The notes under the pieces are model-generated. The model did no database searches. It worked only from the letters and a program-made list of their open reading frames with translations, and had not been told where the DNA came from. From Chiloscyllium plagiosum (Eukaryota), in NCBI RefSeq assembly GCF_004010195.1, contig NC_057717.1, positions 105,719,927 to 105,745,425 of the forward strand: a DNA stretch of 25,499 nt, in the 5' to 3' direction. The position numbers and the translations under genes are program-made. Each line of letters opens with the position of its first letter. Within the stretch, counting starts at the first letter, position 1. This document shows, in pieces, positions 1-10,592 of this stretch.

Positions 1-99
1 TGCTGGCACCATAATGAACAGCTCCACCTCCATATTCAGTGCTTTCTCGAAATGATTTCCTGAAGGCATCAGCTCAAAGACAATGGGTACTCTCAATTA

Positions 100-370
100 C
101 CACACACCAGGTTATAGTCCAACAGGTTTAATTGATGTGCTTCCAATTAAACCTATTGGGCTATAACTTGGTGTTGTGAGATTTTTAACCCAGTCCATCT
201 CCAAATCATGACTACTATCCACGCCAAGATAAGCACTCCACAACCACCTGATGACGGAGCAGCGCTCCAAAAGCCAGTGCTTCCAAATAAACCTGTTGGA
301 CTATAACCTGGTGTTGCGACATTTTTAACTTTGTATACCCCAGGCTAATACCACCACCTCCAAAATCATC
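100..370. mobile_element. Penelope-like element (PLE)-derived terminal repeat, family C: an inverted copy plus a tandem direct copy
   Basis: 104-134 and 144-174 are inverted repeats (28/31). 137-189 is directly repeated at 277-329. A hammerhead-like core lies at 248-279. Inverted plus partial-tandem termini are typical of PLE insertions. Confidence 0.7.
245..279 (+). ncRNA. Degenerate minimal hammerhead ribozyme motif (family C)
   Basis: CAC-CUGAUGA-C-GGAGC(AGC)GCUCC-AAAA-GCC-A-GUG. Stem II is a perfect 5 bp and stem I is CAC/GUG. G12>A and U16.1>C relative to the hammerhead consensus, so it is probably inactive. Confidence 0.65.
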
Positions 371-1104
371 ACACCAAGATAGTAAGTGACTGTTGGCTAT
401 TGGTTCAAAGTTAAGCACCAGCACCAAATTCCTCCACTGCACAGACACTTTGCTGTGAAAAATCACTGTGAAAAAGACTACTGTCACAAAGAGACACCAT
501 CACCGATTCCACTTCTCCTCCTATTTAATTGCAATGTCCCAGTAGAGTTCAGCTCATCCCCAGACAGACAGTTCAGGAGCTGGAGGACCGTCTTGATTCT
601 GTGACTGTGGCTTTGCAGCTGTCTCTCTCAATGATCCCATGCAGTCTTGGATTTAAATTGGTTCCCTGTCTGATCAGAGTCACAGCACCTCTAGCCATGT
701 GTAATTCTGCGAAAACTCCAGCTTTCACACATACTTCACTGACAGCTCAACCTCCCCACCACCTATCTTCATCTCACAACTTCTTGTGTGCTGTCTTGAA
801 TAATTCTGAAACTTGCTCCAACTAAACACTGGGAGAAACATCACAATTGTCTTCAGGTGCCAGTCATGTCATTCCCATGCCCAGGCAAGACTTCCAGCTC
901 TGCTGAGACTGTTCATCCCCATTCAATCACCTTGAGCAACCTCAGCCATATTTCTTGCCAAAGGCTCAATTCTTCTGATGCTGGTGCTGACAACCTTGCG
1001 ATTGTCTATTCACCATCATCTCCAGCTTGGCCCAGACTGCAGGTTATAGGCAGCACAAAGTTCAGCTTCCTCTTTACACTCATCCTTTTGGGCCCGACAA
1101 GCTC

Positions 1105-1402
1105 CTGATCTCCTGATTCCCCATTCCTCAACTTTACAATTCCATCCTCAACTTAAACATTCCTAAGTCACTTCACCATTTCATTTTTGCAACTTCTGGA
1201 AGCCCTACAGACTTCCTTCAAATGCTTCCTTCCTCTATCTCTGGCCACTAATAAATCTTCCTCACGTGGTTTCAGTCACTTTGACCCCAATCTCGAAAAT
1301 GGCTCCTCTAAACCCATTAACAACCATTTTTGGTAAATACGTTCAGCTCAGTTGGAGTATTGAGGAACATTTTGCTACATTAGCTATGCTCCATTAAATT
1401 GC
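1105..1402 (+). mobile_element. Highly decayed L2-like LINE 3' end
   Basis: Pyrimidine-rich tract ending in gaggaacattttgctacattagctatgctccattaaattg, resembling the L2/DeuSINE-type tail (gggacgttttactacgttaaaggcgctatataaatg, from memory). Confidence 0.35.
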
Positions 1403-2851
1403 TGTAACCCAGTTACAGAACAGGTGTACTTGCGATGGTCTGATCGAACCCTCATGACTACATTCTGGCCCTTAAAAGATGAAAAATCAACATTACCTGG
1501 AGAACCTTCCAGAGGAGCCCTTCACTGTACAAGGTTACAGCAGTTATGTGGATTAAAACTGTCAAATGAGCCTTCAACACTGGCCACTCAACGTCCTACT
1601 TCCCTTCCAGCCATTATCTCTCAGCACCAGGCCCTGAAATGTGCACACTGGCTTGAGCACCACATAACCCACCAGTTTTACTGCTCACAGGTTTTTGTTT
1701 ATTGTGAAAACATTAAAGCCAGAAGTCAAAATAGAGAAGTTGTGGGGAAACACACAGCACCACTGAGATGGAAAGATCAGCAGCGTCATCAGGGTGTGCA
1801 GAGCAGTCAGCAAAGGGTAAGGCAGTCCAGAGGCAATCTCTGTGGGTGAGCAATGAAATGTGACTAACATAGCCTTTTTTGGTTCTGGTCTCCAAAGTCT
1901 AGTGCACTAATCTAACTTCTGAACAAACCACAGAGCGTGCAAATCTGTTTAACACTATAAATGCCAATGAGGTGGCCTGTTATCTTGTTTGAGAAAATTT
2001 ACGGTGAGGTAATGTTAATACGTCCTCATCAAGATTTTGCTGGTTTTGAAAACGTAAAAATCATACTGAATGAATCATGAAGCAGTATCATGGTTTACAT
2101 TTTGCGAAGTGATGGTGGAGGAGTGGGAATTGCCAGGGGTCCCCCAGTGATTCACTGGACACAAAGCTCTCTTATCTTTCAAGGTCCCCAACACATCGTT
2201 ACATGCACAGTTCCCAACAGATCACCATCAGGTTTGATTTTATTCCCCCAACTGCAGGGATGCTGATGGCAATCACAGAAATCCTCTCAAGACCAAAGCA
2301 GACCATAAGACACATGAGCAGAATTAGGCCATTCAGTCCATCTAGTCTGCTCCCCATTTGATCATAGTATGTTTCTCAACCCCAGACTCCAGCCTTCTCC
2401 CTTAACCTCTGACCCCCTTTCTAATCAAGAACCTCTCTCGGTCTTAAATCCACTCAATCACCTGGCCTTCACACATTTAAGTGGCAGAGTTCCACAGATT
2501 CACCATCCTCTGGCTCAAGAAATCCCTCTTTATCTCAGTTCTAAAAGACCACCTCTTCACTCTGAGGCTGTGACCCCAGGTTCTAGATTCTCCTACTGGT
2601 GGAAACATCTTCCCCATGTCCACTCTGTCCAGGTCTCTCAGTATTCTCAGAGTTTCCATAAGATCCACCCCCCCCCCCCATCCATCTTCCTCAACTGTCA
2701 AGTGCAAACCCAGAGACCTCAACTGCTCCTCAAACCCTTCATTCCTGGGATCATACCCGCTGTGGACCCTCCAAAGCCAGCACATCCATCCTTAGATACG
2801 AGGCCCAAAATGTTTCACAATATTCCAAATACCATCTGACGAGGGCCATAT

Positions 2852-3040
2852 GTAATTGAAGTGTGGTGCTAGAAAAGCAGAGCCGGTCAGGCAACATCCG
2901 AGGAGCAGGAGAGTTTACACTTCAAGCATGACCTCTTCATCTCAACACATCAATTCTGCTGCTCCTCAGATGCTGCCTGACCGGCTGAGTTTTTCCAGTA
3001 CCACACTTCCGACTCTGATCTCCAGCCCTCACTTTTTCCC
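2852..3040. mobile_element. Palindromic PLE-derived miniature element (family A)
   Basis: Inverted arms at ~2859-2916 and ~2952-3008 (aagtgtggtgc...ggtcaggca / tgcctgacc...ccacactt). Flanked by a 9/10 direct repeat, agggccatat (2842-2851) and agggccctat (3041-3050), a candidate TSD. Confidence 0.8.
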
Positions 3041-3063
3041 AGGGCCCTATACAGCCTCAGGAG

Positions 3064-3506
3064 TAGAACATAGAACAATACAGGCCCTTCAGCCCTCCAT
3101 ATTGCACCAACCTGTGAAACCAAACTAAAGTCACTCTAATCTACATTATTCTATTATCATCCATATGTTCATCCAATGGCCACCGGGGAGGGCTCAGTGG
3201 TTAGCACTGCTGTCTCTCAGCACCAGGGACCCCGGGTGACTGTCTGTGTGCAGTTTGCACATTCTGAGTCTGCGTGGGTTTCCTCTGGGTGCTCCGGTTT
3301 CCTCCGACAATCCAAAGATGTGCTTGCCAGGTGAATTGGCCTTGCTAAGTTGCCCACAGTTTTCGGTGCGTTAATAAGGGGTAAATATAAGATACGGGAA
3401 TGGGTGGGTTACTCTTTGGACAGTCGGTGTGGACTTGTTGGGCCGAAGGGCCCGTTTCCACGCTGTAGGGAATCTAAATCAAATTTAAATGCCCTTAAAG
3501 ATGGGC
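3064..3506 (-). mobile_element. Short CR1 3'-end fragment interrupted by a SINE
   Basis: Begins with a tagaacatagaaca-type terminal microsatellite and ggcccttcagccc. The sequence atccaatggcca|tttaaatgcccttaaag is split by the SINE. Confidence 0.65.
3183..3483 (+). mobile_element. HE1-like tRNA-derived V-SINE (elasmobranch)
   Basis: A-box-like ggctcagtggttagc (3191-3205), V-domain-like core (tctgcgtgggtttcctctgggtgctccggtttcctcc), and a 3' tail gggccgaagggcccgtttccacgctgta matching CR1 3' ends in this window. Confidence 0.88.
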
Positions 3507-3875
3507 AATGTTAGCATTCACGAGAATGCTACTGTTGTATTCTTGCTCTCGTGAATGCTAACATTACATTTAGAGTCATGGAATCAGAGTCAAATAGCAC
3601 AGAATCAGATCTTTTGGTCCTACCACACCACACAAACCATAATTCCAAACAAAAGTAATCCCACATGCCTGCATTTGACCCAAATCCCTCCAAACATTTC
3701 TTATTCTTGTACTTATCCAAATGTCTTTTACAAGTTGTAACTGTACCTGCACCCACCACTTCCTCTGGAAGTGCATTCCACACATGGACCACACGCCATG
3801 TAAAAACATTACCCCATGTCCTTACTACACATTTCTCCTCTCACCTTAAAAATATGCCTAGTTTGGAAATCCCCT

Positions 3876-4422
3876 ACACTGTACAGGGCATTGGTGAGGC
3901 CTCTCTGGAATACCATGCCCAGTTCTAGGAAGGATATTATCAAGTTGGAAAGGGTTTATAAGAGATTTACCAGATGTTACTGGGTATGGAAGCTCTGAAT
4001 TATAAAGGAAGGTTGGATAAGCTGGGAACTTTTTCCATTGGAGCGGAGGAGGTTGAGGAATGACCTGATACAAGTTTATAAGATAATGAGAGGTATAGTT
4101 AAGATGAATGGCAGGTGTCTTTTCCCTAAGGTGGGGGATTTCAAGACTGGGGGCACATTAAGGTAGGATGAGAGGAGAAAGATTTAAAAAGACGCAACAG
4201 GCAAATTGTTTACACAGAGGGTGGTTCATGTGTGGATTGAACTTCCTGAGGAAGTGGTTGATGTGGGTACAATTACAATGTTTAAAAGACATTTAGTTAA
4301 GTACATGAATAGAAAAGTTTGGAGGGATATGGGCCAGCAGCAGGCAGGTGGGACTAGTTTAGTTTAGGAACATGGTCAGCATGGACTGGGTTGACTGTTT
4401 CTGTGCTGTATAACTATGACTC
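3876..4422 (+). mobile_element. 5'-truncated CR1 LINE inserted in the opposite orientation
   Basis: LYRALVRPL...RKDIIKLERVYKRFTR, followed by a CR1 3' UTR ending ctgtgctgtataactatgactc. Confidence 0.85.
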
Positions 4423-4894
4423 AAGAGACAACATCTGCCATTCACCTTACCACGATTTTATAAACCTCTAAGATCACCCTTCAATGTCCTACACTCAAAT
4501 GAAAGTAGTCCTACCAGTCCAGCCTCTCCTCATAACCCAAACTCTCCATTCTGAAACCCTCCCCAGTTTAATATCATTCTGATAATAGGGTGACCAGAAC
4601 TAAATACAGTACTCCAAAAGAGGCCTCACCAACATCCTGTACAACGTCAACATGACGTCCCAACTCCTATACTCAAAGGTCTGAGCAATGAAGGCAAGAG
4701 TGGTAAATGCCTTCTCAACCACCCTGTCTATATGTGACACAGATGTCAAAAAATGTCAAAGTACATGACCCAAAGCTCTACTTTTAAGTGGATAAGTCCT
4801 GCCCTGGTTTGTTTTACCAAAACGCGATGCCTTGCATTTAACCAAATTAAACTCCACCTGCCACTCTTCAGCCCATTGAACCAACTGATCAAGA

Positions 4895-6715
4895 TAGAGT
4901 CTAGAGATGTACAGCATGAAAACAGACCCTTCGGTCCAACCCGTCCTTGCCGACCAGACATCCCAACCCAATCTCGTCCCACCTGCCAGCATCCAGCCCA
5001 TATCCCTCCAAACCCTTCCTACTCATATACCCATCCAAATGCCTCTTAAATGTTGCAATTGTACCAACCTCCACCACATCCTCTGGCAGCTCATTCCATA
5101 CACGTACCACCCTCTGCGTGAAAACGTTGCCCCTTCGGTCTCTTTTATATCTTTCCCCTCTCACCCTAAACCTATGCTCTCTAGTTCTGGATTCCCCAAC
5201 CCCAGGGAAAAGACTTTGCCTGTTTATTGTATCCATGCTCCTCATAATTTTGTAAACCTCGATAAGGTCACCCCTCAGTCTCCGACGCTCCAGGGAAAAC
5301 AGCCCCAGCCTGTTCAGCCTCTCCCTGTAGCTCAAACTCTCCAACCCTGGCAACATCCTTGTAAATCATTTCTGAACCCTTCTGTAGGAGACCAGAATTG
5401 CATGCAATATTCCAACAGTGGACTAACCAATGTCCTGTACAGCCGCAACATGACCTCCCAACTCCTGTACTCAATACTCTTACCAATAAAGGAAAGCATA
5501 ACAAATGCCATCTTCACTATCCTATCTACCTGTGACTCCTATTTCAAGGAGCTATGAACCTGCACTCCAAGGTCTCTGTTCAGCAACACTCCCTAGGACC
5601 TTACCATTAAGTGTATAAGTCCTGCTAAGATTTGCTTTCCCAAAATGCAGCACCTCGCATTTATCTGAATTAAACTCCATCTGCCACTTNNNNNNNNNNN
5701 NNNNNNNNNNNNNNNNNNNNNNNNNNNNNNNNNNNNNNNNNNNNNNNNNNNNNNNNNNNNNNNNNNNNNNNNNNNNNNNNNNNNNNNNNNNNNNNNNNNN
5801 NNNNNNNNNNNNNNNNNNNNNNNNNNNNNNNNNNNNNNNNNNNNNNNNNNNNNNNNNNNNNNNNNNNNNNNNNNNNNNNNNNNNNNNNNNNNNNNNNNNN
5901 NNNNNNNNNNNNNNNNNNNNNNNNNNNNNNNNNNNNNNNNNNNNNNNNNNNNNNNNNNNNNNNNNNNNNNNNNNNNNNNNNNNNNNNNNNNNNNNNNNNN
6001 NNNNNNNNNNNNNNNNNNNNNNNNNNNNNNNNNNNNNNNNNNNNNNNNNNNNNNNNNNNNNNNNNNNNNNNNNNNNNNNNNNGATTTATCCACCTTTAAC
6101 TGTTTCAAGGCATCCAGCACTTCCTCCTCTGTAATCTGGACATTTTGCAAGATGTCACCATCTATTTCCCTACAGTCTATATCTTCCATATCCTTTTTCA
6201 CAGTAAATATTGATGCAAAATATTCATTTTGTATCTCCCCCATTTTCTGTGCCTCCACACAAAGGCCGCCTTGCTGATCTTTCAGGGGTCCTATTCTCTC
6301 CTTAGTTACCCTTTTGTCCTTAATATATTTGTAAAACCTCTTTGGATTCTCCTTAATTCTACTTGCCAAAGCTATGTCCCTGTTTTGCCCTCCTAATTTC
6401 CCTCTTAAGTATACTCCTACTTTCTTTATACTCTAAGGATTCACTCGATCTCTCCTGTCTGTACCGGACATATGCTTCCTTCTTTTTCTTAACCAAACGC
6501 TCAATTTCTTTAGTCATCCAGCATTCCCTATACCTACCAGCCTTCCCTTTCATCCTGACAGGAGCATACTTTCTTTGGATTCTTGTTATCTCATTTCTGA
6601 AGGCTTCCCATTTTCCAACCTGCAAACATCTGCCTTCAATCAGCTTTTGAAAGTTCTTGTCTAATACCGTCAAAATTTCTCCAATTTAGTACTTCAACGT
6701 TTCGATCTGGTCTAT
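4895..6715 (-). mobile_element. Young CR1/HER1-type LINE, 5'-truncated ORF2, spanning the assembly gap
   Basis: Long, little-decayed ORF pieces: LPGLESLSYRERLNRLGLFSLERRRLRGDLIEVYKIMR...VRVWNELP, and ASRIKENPKRFYKYIKDKRVTKERIGPLKD. Highly similar to 16103-16803 on the opposite strand. Confidence 0.92.
5690..6082. other. Assembly gap (393 N)
   Basis: Run of n characters. Confidence 1.
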
Positions 6716-7451
6716 CCTGTTTGTATTCTTAAATAACTTTCTCCACAGTCCACTATACCACCAATTTTGGTGTCATCCACAAACTACATACTACTCATCT
6801 AAATCATTTATATCAATGACAAACCAAAGTAGATCCAGCACTGAACCCTGTGGAACAACATTCCAGCTGCAAACAAACTATGTTAATGACAGGAGTTCTA
6901 GTACGGGATTCTTGAGTCCCTTTGTGCTTCCGACTTCTGAAGCCTTCCCCCATCGAGAAAATAGTCCATGCTCCTTTCTTCCAATCACAGTGCATCCCCT
7001 CACACTACTCCACATTGTTTTCCATCTGCCACTGTGCCCATTCTCCTAGCCTGTCCAAGTTCTTCTACAGCCTCCAAACCTTCTCAACACTACCTGCCCC
7101 TCCACTTTGACTCATGTGTGAAATTAGCAACAACGCCCTCATCCTTTGGCTGGATTGTTCATGTATAATGAAAATAGTTGTGATCCCAACACTGAACCTT
7201 GCAGAACTCCACAAGCCACTGGCTGCCATGCTGATAAAGACCCCTTTATCCCTGCTCTCTGCCAGTCAGCCAATTCTCTATCCATGCCAATACCTTGCCC
7301 AAAACTATGGGCTCTTATTGAGTGGCACACATCAGAATATATCATGCTCACTGATTCTCTTTTGCCTAATTTGGTCATTATCTCTGCAAAGAATTGTAAT
7401 AGATTTGTTAGGCATAACCTCGCCTTGATCAATGAGCCCTATTTTCCCATG

Positions 7452-7675
7452 TGAAATAACTCCACACAGGCCAGTGGCCCGTCAACAAATCACCCCTGGT
7501 TTACACACGAACAGTCCTTGACTTTCATACTGCCTCTTCAGAGCCAGCTACTGGAGTGGCAGAATCTGACGCTCCCTTTTTATCTGTCAGCCAGGACTCC
7601 CCGATTGGGACTGTTAACCTAGTCAAAAACTCATTCTGTAAGATCCACCTGGCTGATCCTGTTACAACCACAACA
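7452..7675 (-). mobile_element. Solo LTR (probably Gypsy-type)
   Basis: A 224-bp insert with TG...CA ends (tgaaataac...cacaaca) that interrupts colinear CR1 sequence (gccctattttcccatg | cacttccaag). Decayed 5-bp TSD ccatg/caata. Resembles a shark LTR as I recall it. Confidence 0.7.
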
Positions 7676-9093
7676 CAATACACTTCCAAGTATTCCACAG
7701 TTTCACCTTTAATAATCCTCACCAGCAATCAAGGTCAGGCTAACCACCTTCTGCCCCCTTCCCTTATTAAACAGGGGTGTTACGTTAATCATTTTCCAGT
7801 CCTCTAGAATCCTCCCTGACTCCAACAATTCCTGAAAAATCACCAGTGCCTTTGTGATCTCAACTATCTCCTTCAGAACTCTAGCCTCTCCCTTATCTCT
7901 TTTCTATCTTCAAAACCAAACTCTTCTAATCTTCCTTCATAAAACAGCTTGCTGTCATATTTCATCTTGCCCATTAGTGATTTTGTAGTTATCCGCTGTT
8001 GGTTTTTAAAGGTTTCCCAAACCCATTGATCTTCACACATCATACACTTTTTCCTTGTCCCTGGCTTCCTTTGTCAGCTATGGTTGCCTCATCCTCCCCC
8101 TTTGCATGTTTCTTCTTCCTTGGGATGGATTTCTGCTCTGCCACCCGAATTACCCCCAGAAACCCCTGCTATTGCTGCTCCACCATCTTGCCTATTAAGC
8201 AATTCTGGCCAGCTCCTCGCTCATGTCTTTGTAGTTACCTTTCCTCAATTGTAAAACTGTTACATCTGATTCCAGTTTTCTCCCTCAAACTACAGGGTGA
8301 ACTCTATCATATCATGGCCTTCTTTCACCTTACACTCCCTGACCAAGTCTGCCTCATTACAATCACCAAATCGAGAATTCCTGTTCTTTCGTGGACTATA
8401 CTATAAGTAGCTCTTAAAAAAAAAGAAACATCTTGTAGACATCCCATGAATTCTTTTTCTTAGGATCTGCTTATCAACTTGATTTTCCCAGTTCACCCGC
8501 ATATTGAGGCCCCCATAATTATTCTTGTGTTGCCTTTGATACATGCCTTTTTTTACGTATTTCCTTTCCCACAGCCTGAGGCCCGTCCATAATCTCATCA
8601 TGCCTTTTTCCCTTTGTGTTCCTCAACTCCACCCACATCGATTCTAAGCCTCCTGACCTTATATTAATTATTATTGATTCCATTTCATTTCTTACAACAA
8701 CCCAACTCCTCTGCCGGTCCGCCGTCCTTTTGATAGGATGCTTACCTTTGGATAATTTACTTGACAGTCCTGATCCCCTGACAGCCACAACATCGCAATG
8801 GCCAATTTCAACTGACCTACAAGCTCATTAAACTTGTTTTATATACTGTGCATATTTAAATACAACACTCTGGGGCCTGTGTTGAGCAATCCCCTTCTCA
8901 GCTGTCCCCATATCTGTTGTTTCTGAAGGGAGATTCCCGATTCTCTCCATACTTCACCCTGTAATGTGTTCTGGAAAGCTCTCTCTCCTGAGCTCTTTTC
9001 TATAATATTCTAGGAAATTGAACCTGCCACTCCCACACCTACTTAGTTTAAACCTTGATTTACTGCTGTAGTTAAGCAATTTGCCAGGACTGT

Positions 9094-9170
9094 GCTCAGC
9101 AAGTCTGACAACGTCTGGGAAGAGAAATCAAAGTTCATGTTTCAGGTTGAGTGACCCTTCTTCAGAACTA
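9094..9170 (-). mobile_element. PLE terminal fragment (family B) with a hammerhead motif
   Basis: Minus strand reads AGUU-CUGAAGA-A-GGGUC(ACUC)AACCU-GAAAC-AUG-AACU. Stem I is AGUU/AACU, but the cleavage triplet is mutated to AUG. Homologous to 10467-10560. Confidence 0.75.
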
Positions 9171-10144
9171 GTTTATATTTGAGAGGATCAAGGATCATCC
9201 TGTTGCTTGCCTTCCACCTCAGACTTTCTGCTAAGATAGTGTTCTTCAGCTCCAACCAGTGCAGACTTGATCCTGTTCCATTCCATATAACTGATGCTCA
9301 TTCCTGGAGAATGGCAAAGATGGCAGCACTTCTTCAAAACAATACCTAAAGATGTATTTAGTTAAGAGTACTCACCTCAACATCAGAGAAAAGGAAGGAC
9401 AAATCAAGTCTAGCATGGTGGATGTTCTAACCTGGAGCTGAAATCGTCTGAGCAACTGCCAAATTGTACAACAGGTCTCAACATCAGCAAAACTGACACT
9501 GTATTGACCTATGATTTGTAACATATGATGATTTTTAAAGGGACAAGCCGCAATTCAGCTCTGCTTCATTTCAAGTTTATCCTTCGAGGCGAAAATGACT
9601 ATGTTAATCACCTGGAGTGTTCTGTGGGGTTTTCATGGATGCATGATGTGGACCCAGGTCGTTCAGCTGTAAACAGGGTAAGATACCCAAGATGATAAAG
9701 TTTTCAATCAGTTGCCAGTTCAGGATTTCCTCTCTGTGCTTTTCCATTTCGATATAAGCTTGCTTTCAAAGAAGGCCACATCATTCTTGACTTCGTTCCA
9801 CTCAGTGCTGCAAGTCTGGGTGCATTTCCTTTCGCTGTCATAATTGTGGAAAAAAAGGTGAAGAGGAACAAAAAGGAGCAAGTCTGCCAAACCAGCTGAA
9901 GTTGATGGAGCAATAGCCTGCCCATTCTGTTCTACACATGCAAGACTTGGACTGTGTGGCAGTCATAACATGAAACAAAGCTGAGATCATATTGTAGCAC
10001 AAAATGTCAGACTGTGAGCTCCACATTTGATCTGACACAAATAGACACACCCAGACTGAACTGGTCACAAATGGATTGAATTGGTCCTCTTGCCGGAATG
10101 CCTGACATGCATTTACCAAGTAAATCATGGCCTGGTGAGTTCGA

Positions 10145-10592
10145 TCATTTCAGGGTCTGAACTTTGCCCATGTCCCAGCCCCCTACCCCACACACCAGGC
10201 CTTCTTATCACAGTCTGCCACTACATACTACCTATTGTTAGCCACTGAAGTCTCCATTAACAACTATTCACCTGAAGCAGACAAGCAGGAGGCTGGAACA
10301 GCAGCAAGCCAGGCAGCATCAGGTGGTGGTGAAGTCACCACCACTCCTGTGCCTCCAACTATTCTTTTTTCTCTCTCTCTCTCTGGGTTCTATCCCCAGC
10401 AACATTTAGCCCTTCCTGCTGCCCCCCCCATCTTCTGCATATAAACTAACATTTTCCTGGCAAATTATCAGATCTGAGGAAGGGTCACCGGTCCCGAAAC
10501 GTTTACTCTGATTGTTCTTTACAGATGCAGCCAGACCTGCTGAGCTTTCCCAGCAACTTCTGTTTCTGATTTACAGCATCTACAGTTCTTAC
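10145..10592 (+). mobile_element. PLE 3' terminal region (family B), including a small inverted family-A-like fragment at ~10272-10337
   Basis: C/T-rich tract, then the hammerhead core, then the tail acagatgcagccagacctgctgagctttcccagca...cagcatctacagttctt. Confidence 0.72.
10467..10512 (+). ncRNA. Minimal type-I hammerhead ribozyme motif (family B) with an intact catalytic core
   Basis: AUCAGAU-CUGAGGA(10474-10480)-A-GGGUC(ACCG)GUCCC-GAAAC-GUU-UACUCUGAU. Stem III is the palindrome ACGU, the triplet is GUU, and distal stem I is AUCAG/CUGAU. The two proximal stem I pairs are mismatched. Confidence 0.75.

Larger units (their letters stand above)
3571..6860 (-). mobile_element. CR1 LINE 3' half (intermediate layer): pieces at ~3571-3875, 4423-4894 and 6716-6860
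   Basis: ORF VWNALPEEVVGAGTVTTCKRHLDKY, then LDQLVQWAEEWQVEFNLVKC. The last piece translates to VPQGSVLD...INDLD...FVDDT (decayed RT motifs). Confidence 0.8.
2300..9093 (-). mobile_element. Old CR1-clade LINE (outer element), fragmented by nested insertions: pieces at ~2300-2851, 3041-3065, 3529-3570, 6860-7451 and 7676-9093
   Basis: Minus-strand ORFs give the CR1 ORF2 C-terminus (LDRVDMGKMFPPVGESRTWGHSLRVK...NLWNS), RT motifs (CLTNLLQFF; GVLQGSVLGSQLFSLYMN), endonuclease-region sequence (ESMWVELRNTKGK) and, at ~9040-9093, the end of ORF1 (TVLANCLTTAVNQGLN*). The pieces are colinear once the insertions are removed. Confidence 0.8.

Noticed and set aside
100..370. CRISPR-like repeat-spacer array
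   Set aside because: There are only two direct copies plus one inverted copy, no regular spacers and no cas genes, and the context is vertebrate.
3185..3240. tRNA gene
   Set aside because: It is the tRNA-derived SINE head, with no B box or cloverleaf, and continues into the V-domain and LINE tail.
4907..5557. 216-aa plus-strand ORF
   Set aside because: It is the antisense shadow of the CR1 ORF2 C-terminus and 3' UTR; it is not an independent gene.
5593..6369. 258-aa ORF
   Set aside because: Its length is inflated by the N gap, and both ends are CR1 ORF2 sequence.
9704..10128. Minus-strand ORFs of 73 and 96 aa in unique DNA
   Set aside because: No recognisable domain, and the lengths are within chance expectation.
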